Notes under the pieces: model-generated | What the model saw: the letters and a program-made list of their open reading frames with translations, nothing else | Told to the model about the DNA's origin: nothing | Database searches by the model: none | Part shown: positions 1-9,759 of the stretch, piece after piece | Layout of the letters: every line of letters begins with the position of its first letter | How positions within the stretch are numbered: position 1 is the stretch's first letter | DNA from: Synechococcus sp. | GTDB taxonomy: Bacteria; Cyanobacteriota; Cyanobacteriia; PCC-6307; Cyanobiaceae | DNA length: 64,000 bases | Assembly: GCA_047285305.1 (NCBI GenBank) | Contig: JBJBDL010000003.1 | Span: 1,664,001 to 1,728,000, forward strand | Reading direction: 5' to 3' | Position numbers and translations under genes: made by a program

Positions 1-54
1 GCCCCCGTCGGAATGACGGTGGTGAAATCACGAAGCCGATCTCAGCAGAGCTGA

Positions 55-408
55 TCAGAACAGCCACTGAATCACCAAGACCATCGCCAAACCGAGCACG
101 CCGGCCAACAGCAATCCGCCCACCAAGAAGGTGATTGCGGCGGCAAGCCCGATCCTGGCCGTGGTATCTGGATAGAGAAGAAGCAGGGTCAGCCCAAGGG
201 CCACAGGCCACAACGGCGGAATCAACAGGCAGACCCCGGTGAGGATCATCAGCTTGCGATCACGCTGTTGTTTAGCCTCAACCAGAAGGGCCTCGGCATC
301 AGCTTCACAATCAAGTGCAGCCTGCTCATCGTCACTGAGCCAACGGCCACGAGCCTTGGCACGATCGAGCTCGTCCTCGAGCCATTCTGCAGGGTTGCCT
401 TTGCTCAT
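55..408 (-). CDS. Hypothetical membrane protein
   Basis: 117 aa ORF with an acidic N-terminus and 2-3 hydrophobic helices. Confidence 0.7.
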   Translation of the reverse strand: MSKGNPAEWLEDELDRAKARGRWLSDDEQAALDCEADAEALLVEAKQQRDRKLMILTGVCLLIPPLWPVALGLTLLLLYPDTTARIGLAAAITFLVGGLLLAGVLGLAMVLVIQWLF

Positions 409-516
409 CGGCTCACCTTAAGAAGCGAGGGATTAACCCAAAAGCAAAGACCGACCATCACAATCGATCTGAAATAGGTAATTTTATCTAGGTATTTACC
501 CGCCGCAATAATTTCA

Positions 517-729
517 TTGCCCAAAAAAGAAAATCGGCATAGTGTCGCCCTGCGAATTGAGAAAGACGTGTTGAATACAAACCTGGAGTCACCAAATGCT
601 TCCCAAGCCTGCGTCACTGAGTCACAAGTGAATGCCTATTTTGAATGCTTAACTCTCTGCAATCTTGATGATGGCAGTTGTTACGAGCAATGCATTCTCG
701 TGCATCTGAAAAACGAGGTGGATACATGA
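517..729 (+). CDS. Small Cys-rich hypothetical protein
   Basis: AYFECLTLCNLDDGSCYEQC motif; start uncertain. Confidence 0.55.
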   Translation: MPKKENRHSVALRIEKDVLNTNLESPNASQACVTESQVNAYFECLTLCNLDDGSCYEQCILVHLKNEVDT

Positions 730-848
730 AAAGCCTAAGTCATCAAACACAAATGGGCTTGGCATCCATTGCCTCAACAGTTGCTGTTGCTCTTCTCGTG
801 ATCGGTTTTATGGGCATGGCCCAGCACATAAATGCCAGCCCGCTCTGA
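726..848 (+). CDS. 40 aa single-TM microprotein
   Basis: Translated by hand as MKSLSHQTQMGLASIASTVAVALLVIGFMGMAQHINASPL; ATGA overlap with the upstream stop. Confidence 0.55.
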   Translation: MKSLSHQTQMGLASIASTVAVALLVIGFMGMAQHINASPL

Positions 849-857
849 AGCACTAGC

Positions 858-1100
858 TCACTTCTGACGTTTGAAGGTGTAGCAACCACCGTGGTACCCG
901 GTGAAGGGTTGGGCGTAGGTCACCAATTCCCAACCCTGCTCTCCCAATTCATTCATCAAGCCCACCAGAGTGACGTCACGCTGCGGATGGCTTCTGGAGA
1001 TCAGCTGGCGGTCATCCAGCCAGAGCTCCTCGATTTCCCCGGTCCACGACTTCCCCCGGGGCACGAAGCGTAACTGGGTGTACTCCCAACGCATCACCAC
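858..1100 (-). CDS. DUF4177-like small protein
   Basis: RWEY...MNELGEQGWELV...YTFKR pattern. Confidence 0.65.
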   Translation of the reverse strand: MVMRWEYTQLRFVPRGKSWTGEIEELWLDDRQLISRSHPQRDVTLVGLMNELGEQGWELVTYAQPFTGYHGGCYTFKRQK

Positions 1101-1179
1101 TCATCAGCTGAACGACGCACCATCTTCACCGCAGACGGCACCAACCGGGGGCGACAATTCAAGAACACGCTGTTCTGTG

Positions 1180-1716
1180 ATGCGTCGCCTGCTCGCCCAG
1201 CTCGTTCTGCTCATCAGCCTGCTCACGCTCACTCCGGGCTGGTGCGGAGCCCTGGAGGTGACCCTGCAACGCATTGATGCCAACGGTATTGGCGAATCGA
1301 TCGGCAGCGTCACAGCGCAAGACACCGACCAGGGCCTGGTGATTTATCCCGATCTGGCGGGGCTGAGCCCTGGGGAACATGGCTTCCATCTCCACAGCAC
1401 GGGAAACTGTGAAATGGGTCAAACTGCCGAGGGCACCCCCGTTGCCGGCCTGGCTGCTGGAGGTCACTGGGACCCTGACGAAACAGGTCAACACCTTGGA
1501 CCCTTCGGAAACGGTCACCGGGGCGATCTCAGCAGGCTGATGGTGGATGACGACGGCAAGACCAATACCAGTGTGGTGGCGCCACGGCTCAGCACAGCTG
1601 ACCTGAAGGGAAAAGCACTGATTGTCCATGCAGGCGGCGACACCTACAGGGACGAGCCCCCCCTCGGTGGAGGTGGACTACGGGTGGCCTGTGGCGTGGT
1701 GCCGGACGAGCGCTGA
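1180..1716 (+). CDS. sodC: Periplasmic Cu/Zn superoxide dismutase
   Basis: Signal peptide, HGFHLH, GGHWDP, GHRGDL, IVHAGGD, GGGGLRVACG; ATG at 1180. Confidence 0.95.
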   Translation: MRRLLAQLVLLISLLTLTPGWCGALEVTLQRIDANGIGESIGSVTAQDTDQGLVIYPDLAGLSPGEHGFHLHSTGNCEMGQTAEGTPVAGLAAGGHWDPDETGQHLGPFGNGHRGDLSRLMVDDDGKTNTSVVAPRLSTADLKGKALIVHAGGDTYRDEPPLGGGGLRVACGVVPDER

Positions 1717-1717
1717 C

Positions 1718-2083
1718 TCAGCCATTCACCAGGCGGGCATAAAGGCGACAGACCCTGATGGCCTGAGCGGGTGGCTCCTGACAGAGGGCACCGAGTTCCC
1801 TGTTCAGCTGCTGGAACAGGGACAGATCCGCTCCAGGAATTGAGGGAAACACCAGGAACAATCCTGAGGCAATCAAACCGATCACAACATCGCTCCAACT
1901 CGTAAGAAAACCCCAAGCCCGCGTCGATTCTGGGTCGTGTTCGTCCCTGCAGACCACGGCCATCAGCGCCTCGATGTGCAACATCAGGCCTGGGCGCCAG
2001 GCAGCATCTTCGTCACAGGTCTCGATGGTCTCCACCACGATCGAGCCCCCACGCCCAATGATCAGGTCATAGGCGGGTGGCAT
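1718..2083 (-). CDS. Hypothetical protein, possibly two small genes fused
   Basis: N-half resembles ORF 16511-16699; C-half has a TM helix and a Cys pair. Confidence 0.45.
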   Translation of the reverse strand: MPPAYDLIIGRGGSIVVETIETCDEDAAWRPGLMLHIEALMAVVCRDEHDPESTRAWGFLTSWSDVVIGLIASGLFLVFPSIPGADLSLFQQLNRELGALCQEPPAQAIRVCRLYARLVNG

Positions 2084-2195
2084 CGGAGCGTTGCAGCGTC
2101 TCCCCATTCATCAGGCAAAGCACGTCTGGCACATCCCCCAGTTGAGGAAGTTCAACGGCAGGTGAACATGATCAAACGCTTGACCTCTCACAACG

Positions 2196-2462
2196 TTGTT
2201 CAAATCACCCCTGTTTCGCCGCGTCGGGATCTACCTCGTGCTCAGCACCGCTGCTGTCACCGTCGTCAATCAGCTCGACATTGAACAACAGAGTGCCTAT
2301 CAGATCTACATCCCGATGTTCATTGGGATCTACATCATTTCGCGTTGGCTCGACAGCCGGTTCAACCAGGCCTCATCACAGCAGGCCTCACAACAGCCAC
2401 AGCCCAACGCAACGCACAACGAAACCTCACCATCCACAGCCGACCGTGGTTTTGGACAGTGA
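2196..2462 (+). CDS. Small two-TM membrane protein
   Basis: Two hydrophobic segments, Q-rich tail ending RGFG. Confidence 0.65.
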   Translation: MFKSPLFRRVGIYLVLSTAAVTVVNQLDIEQQSAYQIYIPMFIGIYIISRWLDSRFNQASSQQASQQPQPNATHNETSPSTADRGFGQ

Positions 2463-2486
2463 GGTAAAGCGAAGCTGTTTTGAGGC

Positions 2487-2732
2487 TCAGCGGCGGGGTT
2501 CGGCCTTACGAACGGAGATGGCGCGACCCATCCACTCAACGTTCTGCAGGTCGTCGATTGCCGACTGCTCATCGGCTTCACTGCTGAGGTCAACAAAAGC
2601 GAAACCACGCTTGCGGCCAGTCTCCCGGTCGAGGGGCAAGGAGCATTTGCTCACTTCGCCGTACTGACCGAACAGATGAATGAGATCCTCCCGCTCAGCG
2701 TCCCAGGAGAGATTTCCGATAAAGATCGTCAA
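2487..2732 (-). CDS. rbp: RRM RNA-binding protein (Rbp family)
   Basis: RNP2 IFIGNL and RNP1 RGFAFV; TTG start. Confidence 0.93.
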   Translation of the reverse strand: MTIFIGNLSWDAEREDLIHLFGQYGEVSKCSLPLDRETGRKRGFAFVDLSSEADEQSAIDDLQNVEWMGRAISVRKAEPRR

Positions 2733-3092
2733 AAAAAGAATTGATCAAGACTGCTTACCTTCGCACACAGCGTCCAAATGCCGAGCCTTCAGAGGGATGG
2801 CTCAACAGTGGGATCAAGGACTACCAAACAATTCCGTTCAAGGCTGAATTCGATAGAAAGCCTTTGCTTCGAGCCCAATTAAGCCTCAACGGAACCAGGC
2901 TTGATTCAATTGCGGCATGGAGATGGGTGGACTCAGCGGTACCAAATCGGACGATTTCATCAACGCAGCCAAAGCCCGCGGCGAAGCTGCCCTGCAAGAC
3001 AAACAGCCCAAATTGACCAAGCTAGAAAAAGCATTCCGGCATGCGGCAATCCGGCGGCGGGCTGAAGATGCCCGAAAAAAGGGACATCACAC

Positions 3093-4286
3093 CTAATTCA
3101 AAGCCCTGCCTTTCCAGGTCCAACCGCGTCCCGTGCGGGTGCGCCAGATCGAGACGGGGCCAATCGCACCCACCAGCAACCCACCGGCTCCCATCAGCCA
3201 CCAATAGCTGAGGGGCACATCAAAGTTGCTGTGCATCCACAGCCGCAGCAGCAGCTGTTGAAGGATGGCCAAGCTCGCCAGGGCCAACACCCACCACCAA
3301 GCCGAAGCCAGCAGGGGTTGGAGCCAGAGCAGTACGAGCGATGCCGGCAGCAACAGCCAGGGCACGCTGAACATCAACACCACCACCAAAGCGGCGCCAA
3401 GGGCTTTCACGGGATCACTGTCCAAGCCCAGAAACCAGTTCTTGGTCCAGCCCTCCCAAAGCGCCGCGAGGTCGCGGTACATCCGCAGATCGACCGCATC
3501 AAGCCCCAGGAGATAACGCAGCCGATGGCCTCCTCCCTTGATGGCGCGGGCGAGAGCCAGATCTTCCACCACCTCGCCAGCCAGGGCCCGGTGACCACCA
3601 ATCTGCGCATAGATGGAAGCCTTGAACAACATGAAAGGCCCCGCCGCAAACGCCACCGGCGATGCCGGGTCGTTGGTTTCGAGGATGGGAAAGCCAAGGC
3701 CCAGCAGGCTGGCCATGATCGGCTGCACCATCCATTCCGCCAGGCATCCGCAACTCAACCGCGGCGCCAGGGTCAGCAAATCGGCCTGCTCATCAAGGGC
3801 CTGAGCCAGGGCCCGTTTCAGGGCATCGGGCTTGAGCCGAACATCGGCATCGATGAACAACAGCCACTCGCTGGAGACCTGGTCAACGGCCATGCTGCAG
3901 GCCCAGTTCTTGCCCACCCAGCGTTCGTTGACGGGCCTGGGACCGGCTTGGATCAGTCGGAAGTGGGGCGCTGCAGAGCCAGCGCGGAGGGCGTTGTCCA
4001 CCGTTGCATCGCTGGACTCGTCATCCACCACCACCAACGACCAGTCCCGGCAGGGGGGCTGATTAGCCAGAACGCTGGCGACACAGGCCTCGATGTTGTG
4101 GGCCTCGTTGAAGGCGGGGATCACCACCGTCAGCGAAGTGTCCGGAACAGCAACGTCTTGGCCCGGCTTCAAGCGCGGTGCCACTGAAAACACCAGTTGC
4201 AGCCCCAACTGAAGGATCAGCAATCCCGCTGCAGCTGAACCAGCCGCAGCAAGAAACAGCAGGGGCTCAAGCAGGGCAAGCGTCAA
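3093..4286 (-). CDS. Glycosyltransferase family 2, membrane-bound (CruG-like)
   Basis: VVIPAFNE, VDDESSD, WVGKNWAC, FIDAD and EDLAL motifs, C-terminal TMs; start chosen at TTG 4286. Confidence 0.85.
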   Translation of the reverse strand: MTLALLEPLLFLAAAGSAAAGLLILQLGLQLVFSVAPRLKPGQDVAVPDTSLTVVIPAFNEAHNIEACVASVLANQPPCRDWSLVVVDDESSDATVDNALRAGSAAPHFRLIQAGPRPVNERWVGKNWACSMAVDQVSSEWLLFIDADVRLKPDALKRALAQALDEQADLLTLAPRLSCGCLAEWMVQPIMASLLGLGFPILETNDPASPVAFAAGPFMLFKASIYAQIGGHRALAGEVVEDLALARAIKGGGHRLRYLLGLDAVDLRMYRDLAALWEGWTKNWFLGLDSDPVKALGAALVVVLMFSVPWLLLPASLVLLWLQPLLASAWWWVLALASLAILQQLLLRLWMHSNFDVPLSYWWLMGAGGLLVGAIGPVSIWRTRTGRGWTWKGRALN

Positions 4287-4315
4287 AGCCGGGCCATGGT
4301 GTGGGGTCAGCCGTC

Positions 4316-4633
4316 TTAGCTGACGGATGCTGCAGCTTTCACCATCGGCCACATCGCAGCAAATTCGGCATCCGACACCACGGCAGTGACCTCGAACTGA
4401 ATGCCGAAGCCCTTGATCCAGGGCCCGAGATGCGCCCACACCTTGCCGATGTCACTGGCAACAGCAATGGCGACACCACTACCGCTGATCGGTTCGCAGA
4501 CGCGGTATTTGAGAGCAAAGCCGTCGAAAGCATCTCCGGGTGCTCCCGAGTTGATGTAGTCAGCAAAGCCAGGGCATGACTCCCACGCACCCTCAACGGT
4601 CGGGAATGTCCAAACGATCAAGTAGTGCTGCAC
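4316..4633 (-). CDS. DUF3303 family protein
   Basis: YLIVWTFP...RVCEPISGSGVAI...W...FEVTAVVSDAE; GTG start. Confidence 0.75.
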   Translation of the reverse strand: MQHYLIVWTFPTVEGAWESCPGFADYINSGAPGDAFDGFALKYRVCEPISGSGVAIAVASDIGKVWAHLGPWIKGFGIQFEVTAVVSDAEFAAMWPMVKAAASVS

Positions 4634-4772
4634 GGTGAAGGGAGGCAACCATTTGCTACATAGCCACGAACGTCCGTTCAGGCTGAATTGCAACTGAATT
4701 CAGCAGTCATTCCGCAGGAGCCTGAGGCGAAGCTGGCACGGGACTAGAGCTGAATTAAGACCCAGCGAAACC

Positions 4773-4952
4773 ATGACTCTCCACGTCGCCAATGAAATGG
4801 ATGAAGTAGAAGTGGCCGTCTGGTGGGACCTGTCACGCATCGTTCGGCACTTCGAACGCCAGGGACTTGAGCGCCGGGCTGTGAAAGCTGCCGTGATGAA
4901 TGCAGCGCTGCGCCTAATGAAGGATGAAGGCAAGGAACCCTCAACGTTGTGA
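4773..4952 (+). CDS. 59 aa helical hypothetical protein
   Basis: Hand translation MTLHVANEMDEVEVAVWWDLSRIVRHFERQGLERRAVKAAVMNAALRLMKDEGKEPSTL. Confidence 0.6.
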   Translation: MTLHVANEMDEVEVAVWWDLSRIVRHFERQGLERRAVKAAVMNAALRLMKDEGKEPSTL

Positions 4953-5477
4953 TTGCTGCGTAAACACCACTTCCTCCGGTGAACTCACCCGACCAAGAGC
5001 AGCATTGCGCCTCGGATAACGCCCAAAGCGCTGCAGCTGGATCAGATGGCGGCGGGCGACATCAGCGGTGGCAACGTCTGCGAATTGCTCCAGCAAAGGG
5101 ATGGCCTGGGCCACCAGCTTGTGGTCTTCGCTGTGCAAAAGAGGCATCAGCCAGAACTGCCGCCGCGGTAGTTGCGATTCCGCTGCGATCCATCCCCGCT
5201 TCAGCGCTTCCATGCTCAGCGTCAGAGCCTGAGGATCTCCGGCGAAGGCTTGGGCCTGGCCCCGCCAGATCTGACGGGTGAATTGATCCAGCAGCAGCAC
5301 CAAGGCCAAACCGCTGCTGGGCCCGCAGCTCCAGTGGTCCAGCTTTCCAGCAAGGGCGCGCTCAACGGCCTCGCCGAATCGTTCTCGCACCAGGGCGTCG
5401 AAGCTGTCGCAGCGACGAAACCACTTCCAGGGACGGCACTGCTGAAACCAGAACTCCAGGACGTCGTCTGGGCTCAA
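4941..5477 (-). CDS. DUF924 family protein
   Basis: VLEFWF, LLLDQFTR, PLLHSED and RFGRYPRRNAALGR motifs. Confidence 0.9.
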   Translation of the reverse strand: MSPDDVLEFWFQQCRPWKWFRRCDSFDALVRERFGEAVERALAGKLDHWSCGPSSGLALVLLLDQFTRQIWRGQAQAFAGDPQALTLSMEALKRGWIAAESQLPRRQFWLMPLLHSEDHKLVAQAIPLLEQFADVATADVARRHLIQLQRFGRYPRRNAALGRVSSPEEVVFTQQSQR

Positions 5478-7147
5478 GACGAACAGCTGTAGTGGGACAC
5501 CCCACCGGCACTGAAGAACTCTCGAGGTTTCAAGCGGTCGTAGCGGGCCGCCAAATCGGCGGAAGGCGTGTTGTAGGGCGTGCTGAACAGCTGCTGCAGT
5601 TCACCCATCAAGGAGGTGTCGCCTTCGGCGGCCTGCTGGTAAGCCGGAGCGATCAACCATTCGCGCCAGGTGATGGCCGGATTGACCCGCCGCATGCCAG
5701 CGGAGATCACCGACGGATCAACGCCACTGGGCCACTGGGCACGCCAGCGCAGCAACCAATCGCTCCACTGGGATTCGAGGGGTGCCGAAAGGGGCAGATA
5801 GAAACAGTCCCGCAGCGGATCGATCTGCTCGGGCAGATCCGACAAGCGGCGAAACACCATCGAATAATCGGCGCTGGACTCCACCAGGAGCGTCAACAGC
5901 TGTTGCACCAGGGCGTCGTTGGCACTGGGCAGGCCGAGTTTGCTGCTCCACATTCGTTGCATGGCCTCCTGCATGGCAGCAGGAAAACCCTCTAGCAACT
6001 GATCCAGTTGGGCCTGGGCCTCCGCCTGGCCCTCCATCAACGTGCGTAGGCATTTCCAGAACATGCGGTAGTTGGCTTCCGCAGCCACCGGCTGGTTGAA
6101 GAAGCAGAAGTGGGCACCGCCACCGGTCCAGGGCTGAAAGCGCGGATCAAACAACTCGCAGAAGCCGAACGGGCCGTAGTCGAGGGTGAAGCCACCGGCG
6201 GCGCAGTTGTCGCTGTTGAAGTTGCCCTGGCAATAGCCCACACGGATCCAGTTGGCCACAAGGGCCGTGAGCCGATCACGGAACAAGCGCGCCAACAGCA
6301 CAACCTGGTCGCTGAATGGCAGGACGGGGTCGATCTCCTGGCAGTAATTGCGTTCGATCAAGTGCACCACAATCTGGTGCAGCTCCTGGTGCGCCCGGGG
6401 ATGGGCCTCACTGCGGGCACGGCGGGCGAACAACTCCAGCTGACCCACCCGCAGAAATGAGGGCGCCACCCGGGTGCTGATGGCCGTCGGGTTGTCGACC
6501 ATCACATCCGGATCCATCGAGCGTGAGTTCTCGGAATACCAAGGGCGACGCACCGTCTCAGCATGGGAGACGTAGAGCGTCAACGAACGGGAGGTGGGCA
6601 CGCCGAGGGCGTGCATGAACTCCTGCGCCAGAAATTCACGGACGCTGGAGCGGAGCACGGCGCGACCATCGGCACCACGACAGAAGGGGGTCGGACCACC
6701 ACCTTTGAGTTGCATCTCCCAGCGGCGCCCTTCAAACAACCCCTCAAACACCGACATGGCTCGGCCATCTCCGTAGCCATTGCCATTTCCAAAGGGGCAC
6801 TGCTGGGTGTATTCGGTGCCGTAGATCGAGAGGGCGTAGCCGGTGGCCCAGCCCCAGGGTCGCATCGGACCGGTGGCCACACCAAGATCACCGGAAAACA
6901 TGCGGCGGAACTGATCGTCCTGGGCGAGGTCATCGCTGAGACCAAGCTCGCTGAACAAGCTGCGGCTGTGCGCCAGGTATTGGGGATCGGGAATCGGGGT
7001 GGGCGTCACCGGCACGTAGTGGCCGGAGAGCACCTGGCGGGGACGGTGGTCCTCCCCATCCGCTGTGGACTCCGGGTCAGGCGTGAGAGCTTCCAAAAGG
7101 GAGTAGTCGGCCCGTTCGGCGAAGTCAGCAAACGTGGAGGTACTCAT
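5474..7147 (-). CDS. selO: Protein adenylyltransferase SelO/YdiU
   Basis: GDGRA, QLKGGGPT, DGRAVLRSSVREFL, QGNFNSDN, DYGPFGF and C-terminal CSS. Confidence 0.92.
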   Translation of the reverse strand: MSTSTFADFAERADYSLLEALTPDPESTADGEDHRPRQVLSGHYVPVTPTPIPDPQYLAHSRSLFSELGLSDDLAQDDQFRRMFSGDLGVATGPMRPWGWATGYALSIYGTEYTQQCPFGNGNGYGDGRAMSVFEGLFEGRRWEMQLKGGGPTPFCRGADGRAVLRSSVREFLAQEFMHALGVPTSRSLTLYVSHAETVRRPWYSENSRSMDPDVMVDNPTAISTRVAPSFLRVGQLELFARRARSEAHPRAHQELHQIVVHLIERNYCQEIDPVLPFSDQVVLLARLFRDRLTALVANWIRVGYCQGNFNSDNCAAGGFTLDYGPFGFCELFDPRFQPWTGGGAHFCFFNQPVAAEANYRMFWKCLRTLMEGQAEAQAQLDQLLEGFPAAMQEAMQRMWSSKLGLPSANDALVQQLLTLLVESSADYSMVFRRLSDLPEQIDPLRDCFYLPLSAPLESQWSDWLLRWRAQWPSGVDPSVISAGMRRVNPAITWREWLIAPAYQQAAEGDTSLMGELQQLFSTPYNTPSADLAARYDRLKPREFFSAGGVSHYSCSS

Positions 7148-7255
7148 CGGGCCCTGACGCTGAACCCATCATCGCCAGAGCTGCGGCCGGGTGTTTTGAC
7201 CGATGGCGAATGCCGAGCCGAGGCCTTACACCGAGGGAAGCATCCAAGGACAACC

Positions 7256-7402
7256 GTGGGCAAAGCCAGGAAACTTCGCTCCGACAACCGGCAGGAGGAG
7301 CTAATCACCAGCCTGATCGGCCTGACCGCCATTTTTGTGGCTACGGCCATCTGGTGGAGCGTGGCTCCCCAGTGGCTCACCAGCAGCTGGCAGACCTTTT
7401 AG
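7256..7402 (+). CDS. 48 aa single-TM microprotein
   Basis: GTG after AAGGA; ELITSLIGLTAIFVATAIWWSVAPQW. Confidence 0.55.
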   Translation: MGKARKLRSDNRQEELITSLIGLTAIFVATAIWWSVAPQWLTSSWQTF

Positions 7403-7575
7403 TAGTCGGGCATGGACGCCTCAGCCCGCAGCCTGCACCAGGGTTCCAGCACGGTGGGGCGACCGCAATGGGGGCAATCCTGCCCCCGCCTCTCCACCTG
7501 CACGAAGGGGATCCAACGGGAGTTGGCCTGACCCTCATAGCCGCAGTGCTTGCAGTGAATTCGGTATTCAGCCAT
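7399..7575 (-). CDS. 58 aa zinc-ribbon microprotein
   Basis: Hand translation MAEYRIHCKHCGYEG...DCPHCGRPTVLEPW; two CxxC motifs. Confidence 0.7.
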   Translation of the reverse strand: MAEYRIHCKHCGYEGQANSRWIPFVQVERRGQDCPHCGRPTVLEPWCRLRAEASMPDY

Positions 7576-7578
7576 GGC

Positions 7579-7740
7579 TCAGAGGGCGGGTTTTTCCTGA
7601 CGTTGCACGGCCTCGTGGGCCTGACGCAGGCCATGCACCATGAAGCAATAGGCCGGATTGCACACCAGGTACTTGCCGTCGCCGATGGCGTCGATGGTGG
7701 ACCCACGCGAAGTGGCAAAAATGCGGCTTTTGAACTCCAT
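7579..7740 (-). CDS. Small Cx4-5C protein (paralog family A)
   Basis: RGSTIDAIGDGKYLVCNPAYC; similar to 27184 and 35888. Confidence 0.65.
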   Translation of the reverse strand: MEFKSRIFATSRGSTIDAIGDGKYLVCNPAYCFMVHGLRQAHEAVQRQEKPAL

Positions 7741-7823
7741 CTCATTTCCTTCGCTGACCTCACTGTTGTGGGGATATGGACGAGCGGCAACCCGTGTAAA
7801 CGCGCATTGTGCGCAGGGCTGAC

Positions 7824-7976
7824 TCAGTCGAGGGGTTCGCAGTGATCGCCATCGCACTGCAGCCCGCATTGGGGCTGCTTGGCGCCGTACTGCCAGGGAC
7901 GACGCATGGCCCAGTACGCATCCACCAAGCCGAGCAGGTAGGTGCCGATGCGACGGAGCAGGGAAGCATGTTTCAT
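7824..7976 (-). CDS. 50 aa hypothetical protein
   Basis: LVDAYWAMRRPWQYG...CGLQCDGDHC. Confidence 0.55.
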   Translation of the reverse strand: MKHASLLRRIGTYLLGLVDAYWAMRRPWQYGAKQPQCGLQCDGDHCEPLD

Positions 7977-8096
7977 GCCTTCAAGCTGGCAAGAGCGCCA
8001 CAAGCCTGCAACCGAAAGCGACGAAATCAATTGGCCGCAATCAAGGTGGCGAAACACAGCCGAGGTGGGTTAGGCCCAAAGCAGTGCTGTCAGCCC

Positions 8097-8258
8097 ATGA
8101 CCACCACGCAACATTCGAACCAGCTGCTGGAAGAGCTGGTTGCTGAAGAGATCGGCTTTCAGATCGACCAGATCGCTGAGGACCTGCAGCGGGAAGGCTG
8201 GCCGATCGCCATGGTGAAACGGTTCATGCATGTGGCCGTGGAGCGCCTGCCGGAATGA
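8097..8258 (+). CDS. 53 aa helical hypothetical protein
   Basis: MTTTQHSNQLLEELVAEEIGFQIDQIAEDLQREGWP. Confidence 0.6.
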   Translation: MTTTQHSNQLLEELVAEEIGFQIDQIAEDLQREGWPIAMVKRFMHVAVERLPE

Positions 8259-8368
8259 TGCGAAAGGCCAACTAGGTGCAACAACTCATCTGCACAGAGC
8301 TGTTGCGCTTTTAACAACAGTGATTGGAACCATTGGTTGAAAGTTAATTATTGCTTGCGCCATTCCCG

Positions 8369-8797
8369 ATGAATGTCGTCACTGCTTTTGCTGCCGTCGG
8401 CCTCACCGCGGTGTCATGGGACGACACCCTCAGCCGGGCTGGGGCAAGGGCATTCCGGCATGCACTTGACTACCGCGAGCCCTACTGCCGGATGAGTGAA
8501 AACGAGGTTGTGCTGCTGATGGACGCGGTGCTGGCCATGCGCCTGGAGCGAGGCACCAAGGCGCTGATGCTGGAAGCCGCCAAGGCGCTCACGTCAGATC
8601 AAGCGCTCACGGCCTACGCCATGGCCTCAGAACTGATGCGCTCTGATGGGCCCTATTCCGCCGAGGAGCGGCGACGGCTCGATCTGCTGGCCTTGATGCT
8701 CTCGATCTCACAGGTGGAGGCCGAACGCATCGATTCGGTTTTTGAGTTGCTGCACGCCCCCCTGGAGCCAGCCCTTCTGGTCAACGGCGCGCCTTAA
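8369..8797 (+). CDS. Tellurite resistance TerB family protein
   Basis: AYAMASELMRSDG..EERRRLDLLALMLSIS helical TerB pattern. Confidence 0.75.
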   Translation: MNVVTAFAAVGLTAVSWDDTLSRAGARAFRHALDYREPYCRMSENEVVLLMDAVLAMRLERGTKALMLEAAKALTSDQALTAYAMASELMRSDGPYSAEERRRLDLLALMLSISQVEAERIDSVFELLHAPLEPALLVNGAP

Positions 8798-8943
8798 GCC
8801 GCACGTTTGTCATCTCCGAACCAGATCCCCCGACGGCTGTCGGGCAGCTTGACCACTGCGCGTTCGTAGCGCTGGCGGCAGCTGCGGGCACGGAGGTGCT
8901 CTTCTGCCTCCTGAAGCAGCTGTTGCAGCCTGACTTCGTCCAT
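8794..8943 (-). CDS. 49 aa hypothetical protein
   Basis: Hand translation MDEVRLQQLLQEAEEHLRARSCRQRYERAVVKLPDSRRGIWFGDDKRAA. Confidence 0.5.
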   Translation of the reverse strand: MDEVRLQQLLQEAEEHLRARSCRQRYERAVVKLPDSRRGIWFGDDKRAA

Positions 8944-8989
8944 GGCGTTACCTTGATTCCTACTCATTCAGGCCACGATCCGAGCGGCG

Positions 8990-9172
8990 TCAATAGGCCA
9001 CGTTCAACTCGTCAGATCCGTAGCGAAGCAGGAAATCCGCTTCGGATTGATCAGAGAGCAGCAGACAGGTGTGGTCGTTGGCGCAGGTTCGGTAGCAGTA
9101 GACGTCGAGTTCTTCGGGGTTGCGGTTGGAGTGAATGACCTCCCCCGTCCGAAGCACGTATCGCGTTGCCAT
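8990..9172 (-). CDS. Small hypothetical protein
   Basis: 60 aa MATRYVLRTGEVIHS with three Cys. Confidence 0.6.
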   Translation of the reverse strand: MATRYVLRTGEVIHSNRNPEELDVYCYRTCANDHTCLLLSDQSEADFLLRYGSDELNVAY

Positions 9173-9280
9173 CACCTTGCACCCACGCACTCCTTCGAGA
9201 TAGCGCTGATCCAGTCCCAGCGATCAGCTCTGTGTTGAGCTGCGCACCGGACGTGATTCGGAATTGAGGTCAACTCGGGC

Positions 9281-9448
9281 TCATTCGTTGTCGACGCGGA
9301 TGAAAAAGCGACTCTCCACGTCCATCTCGCCCTGATCGTCAGTCTCCGGATCGCCCTCCACCAGCTCCACGGCGAAATCCTTGTCATCCAGTTCATGCAC
9401 AACGCTCTGACCATGCACCAAGTTGTGAACGAGCAGGAGTCGTTTCAT
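9281..9448 (-). CDS. Small acidic hypothetical protein
   Basis: 55 aa ORF co-directional with its neighbours. Confidence 0.5.
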   Translation of the reverse strand: MKRLLLVHNLVHGQSVVHELDDKDFAVELVEGDPETDDQGEMDVESRFFIRVDNE

Positions 9449-9496
9449 GGGTGGAGGCAGACGCCGTTCCAACGGTTGATAGCAACAGCTTGGTAT

Positions 9497-9688
9497 TCAG
9501 CGGAAGCCGAAGCCATCTCGGCTCGGCTGCTTGGCGGAATACTCCCGCGAGAGCGCATCAAGCATCAGGGCTATGTAGCGGTCATCCATGCCGATGTCCT
9601 GCTTCAACTGACGCATCAAGCTGTTGATGCTTTTAAACGCGTCTGGAATCTGATGGTCCAGATGCTCCTTGGTGGGTTGATAGGGCAT
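9497..9688 (-). CDS. Small helical hypothetical protein
   Basis: 63 aa ending GFGFR. Confidence 0.55.
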   Translation of the reverse strand: MPYQPTKEHLDHQIPDAFKSINSLMRQLKQDIGMDDRYIALMLDALSREYSAKQPSRDGFGFR

Positions 9689-9759
9689 CGGAGCCAAAAA
9701 AATTCCCCGTGGAACCTAAGGGAACCACGGGGACAATGGTGTTGCTGCTGAACCGGAGA

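Noticed and set aside
970..1179. N-terminal extension of SodC
   Set aside because: Overlaps an opposite-strand gene; the signal peptide begins at 1180
5474..5490. Selenoprotein-type SelO ending
   Set aside because: Ends CSS-stop as in ordinary bacterial YdiU, overlapping the next start codon
3231..7402. Long antisense ORFs such as 3231-4187 and 6563-7402
   Set aside because: Shadow frames of high-GC genes; only the last 48 codons of the second look real
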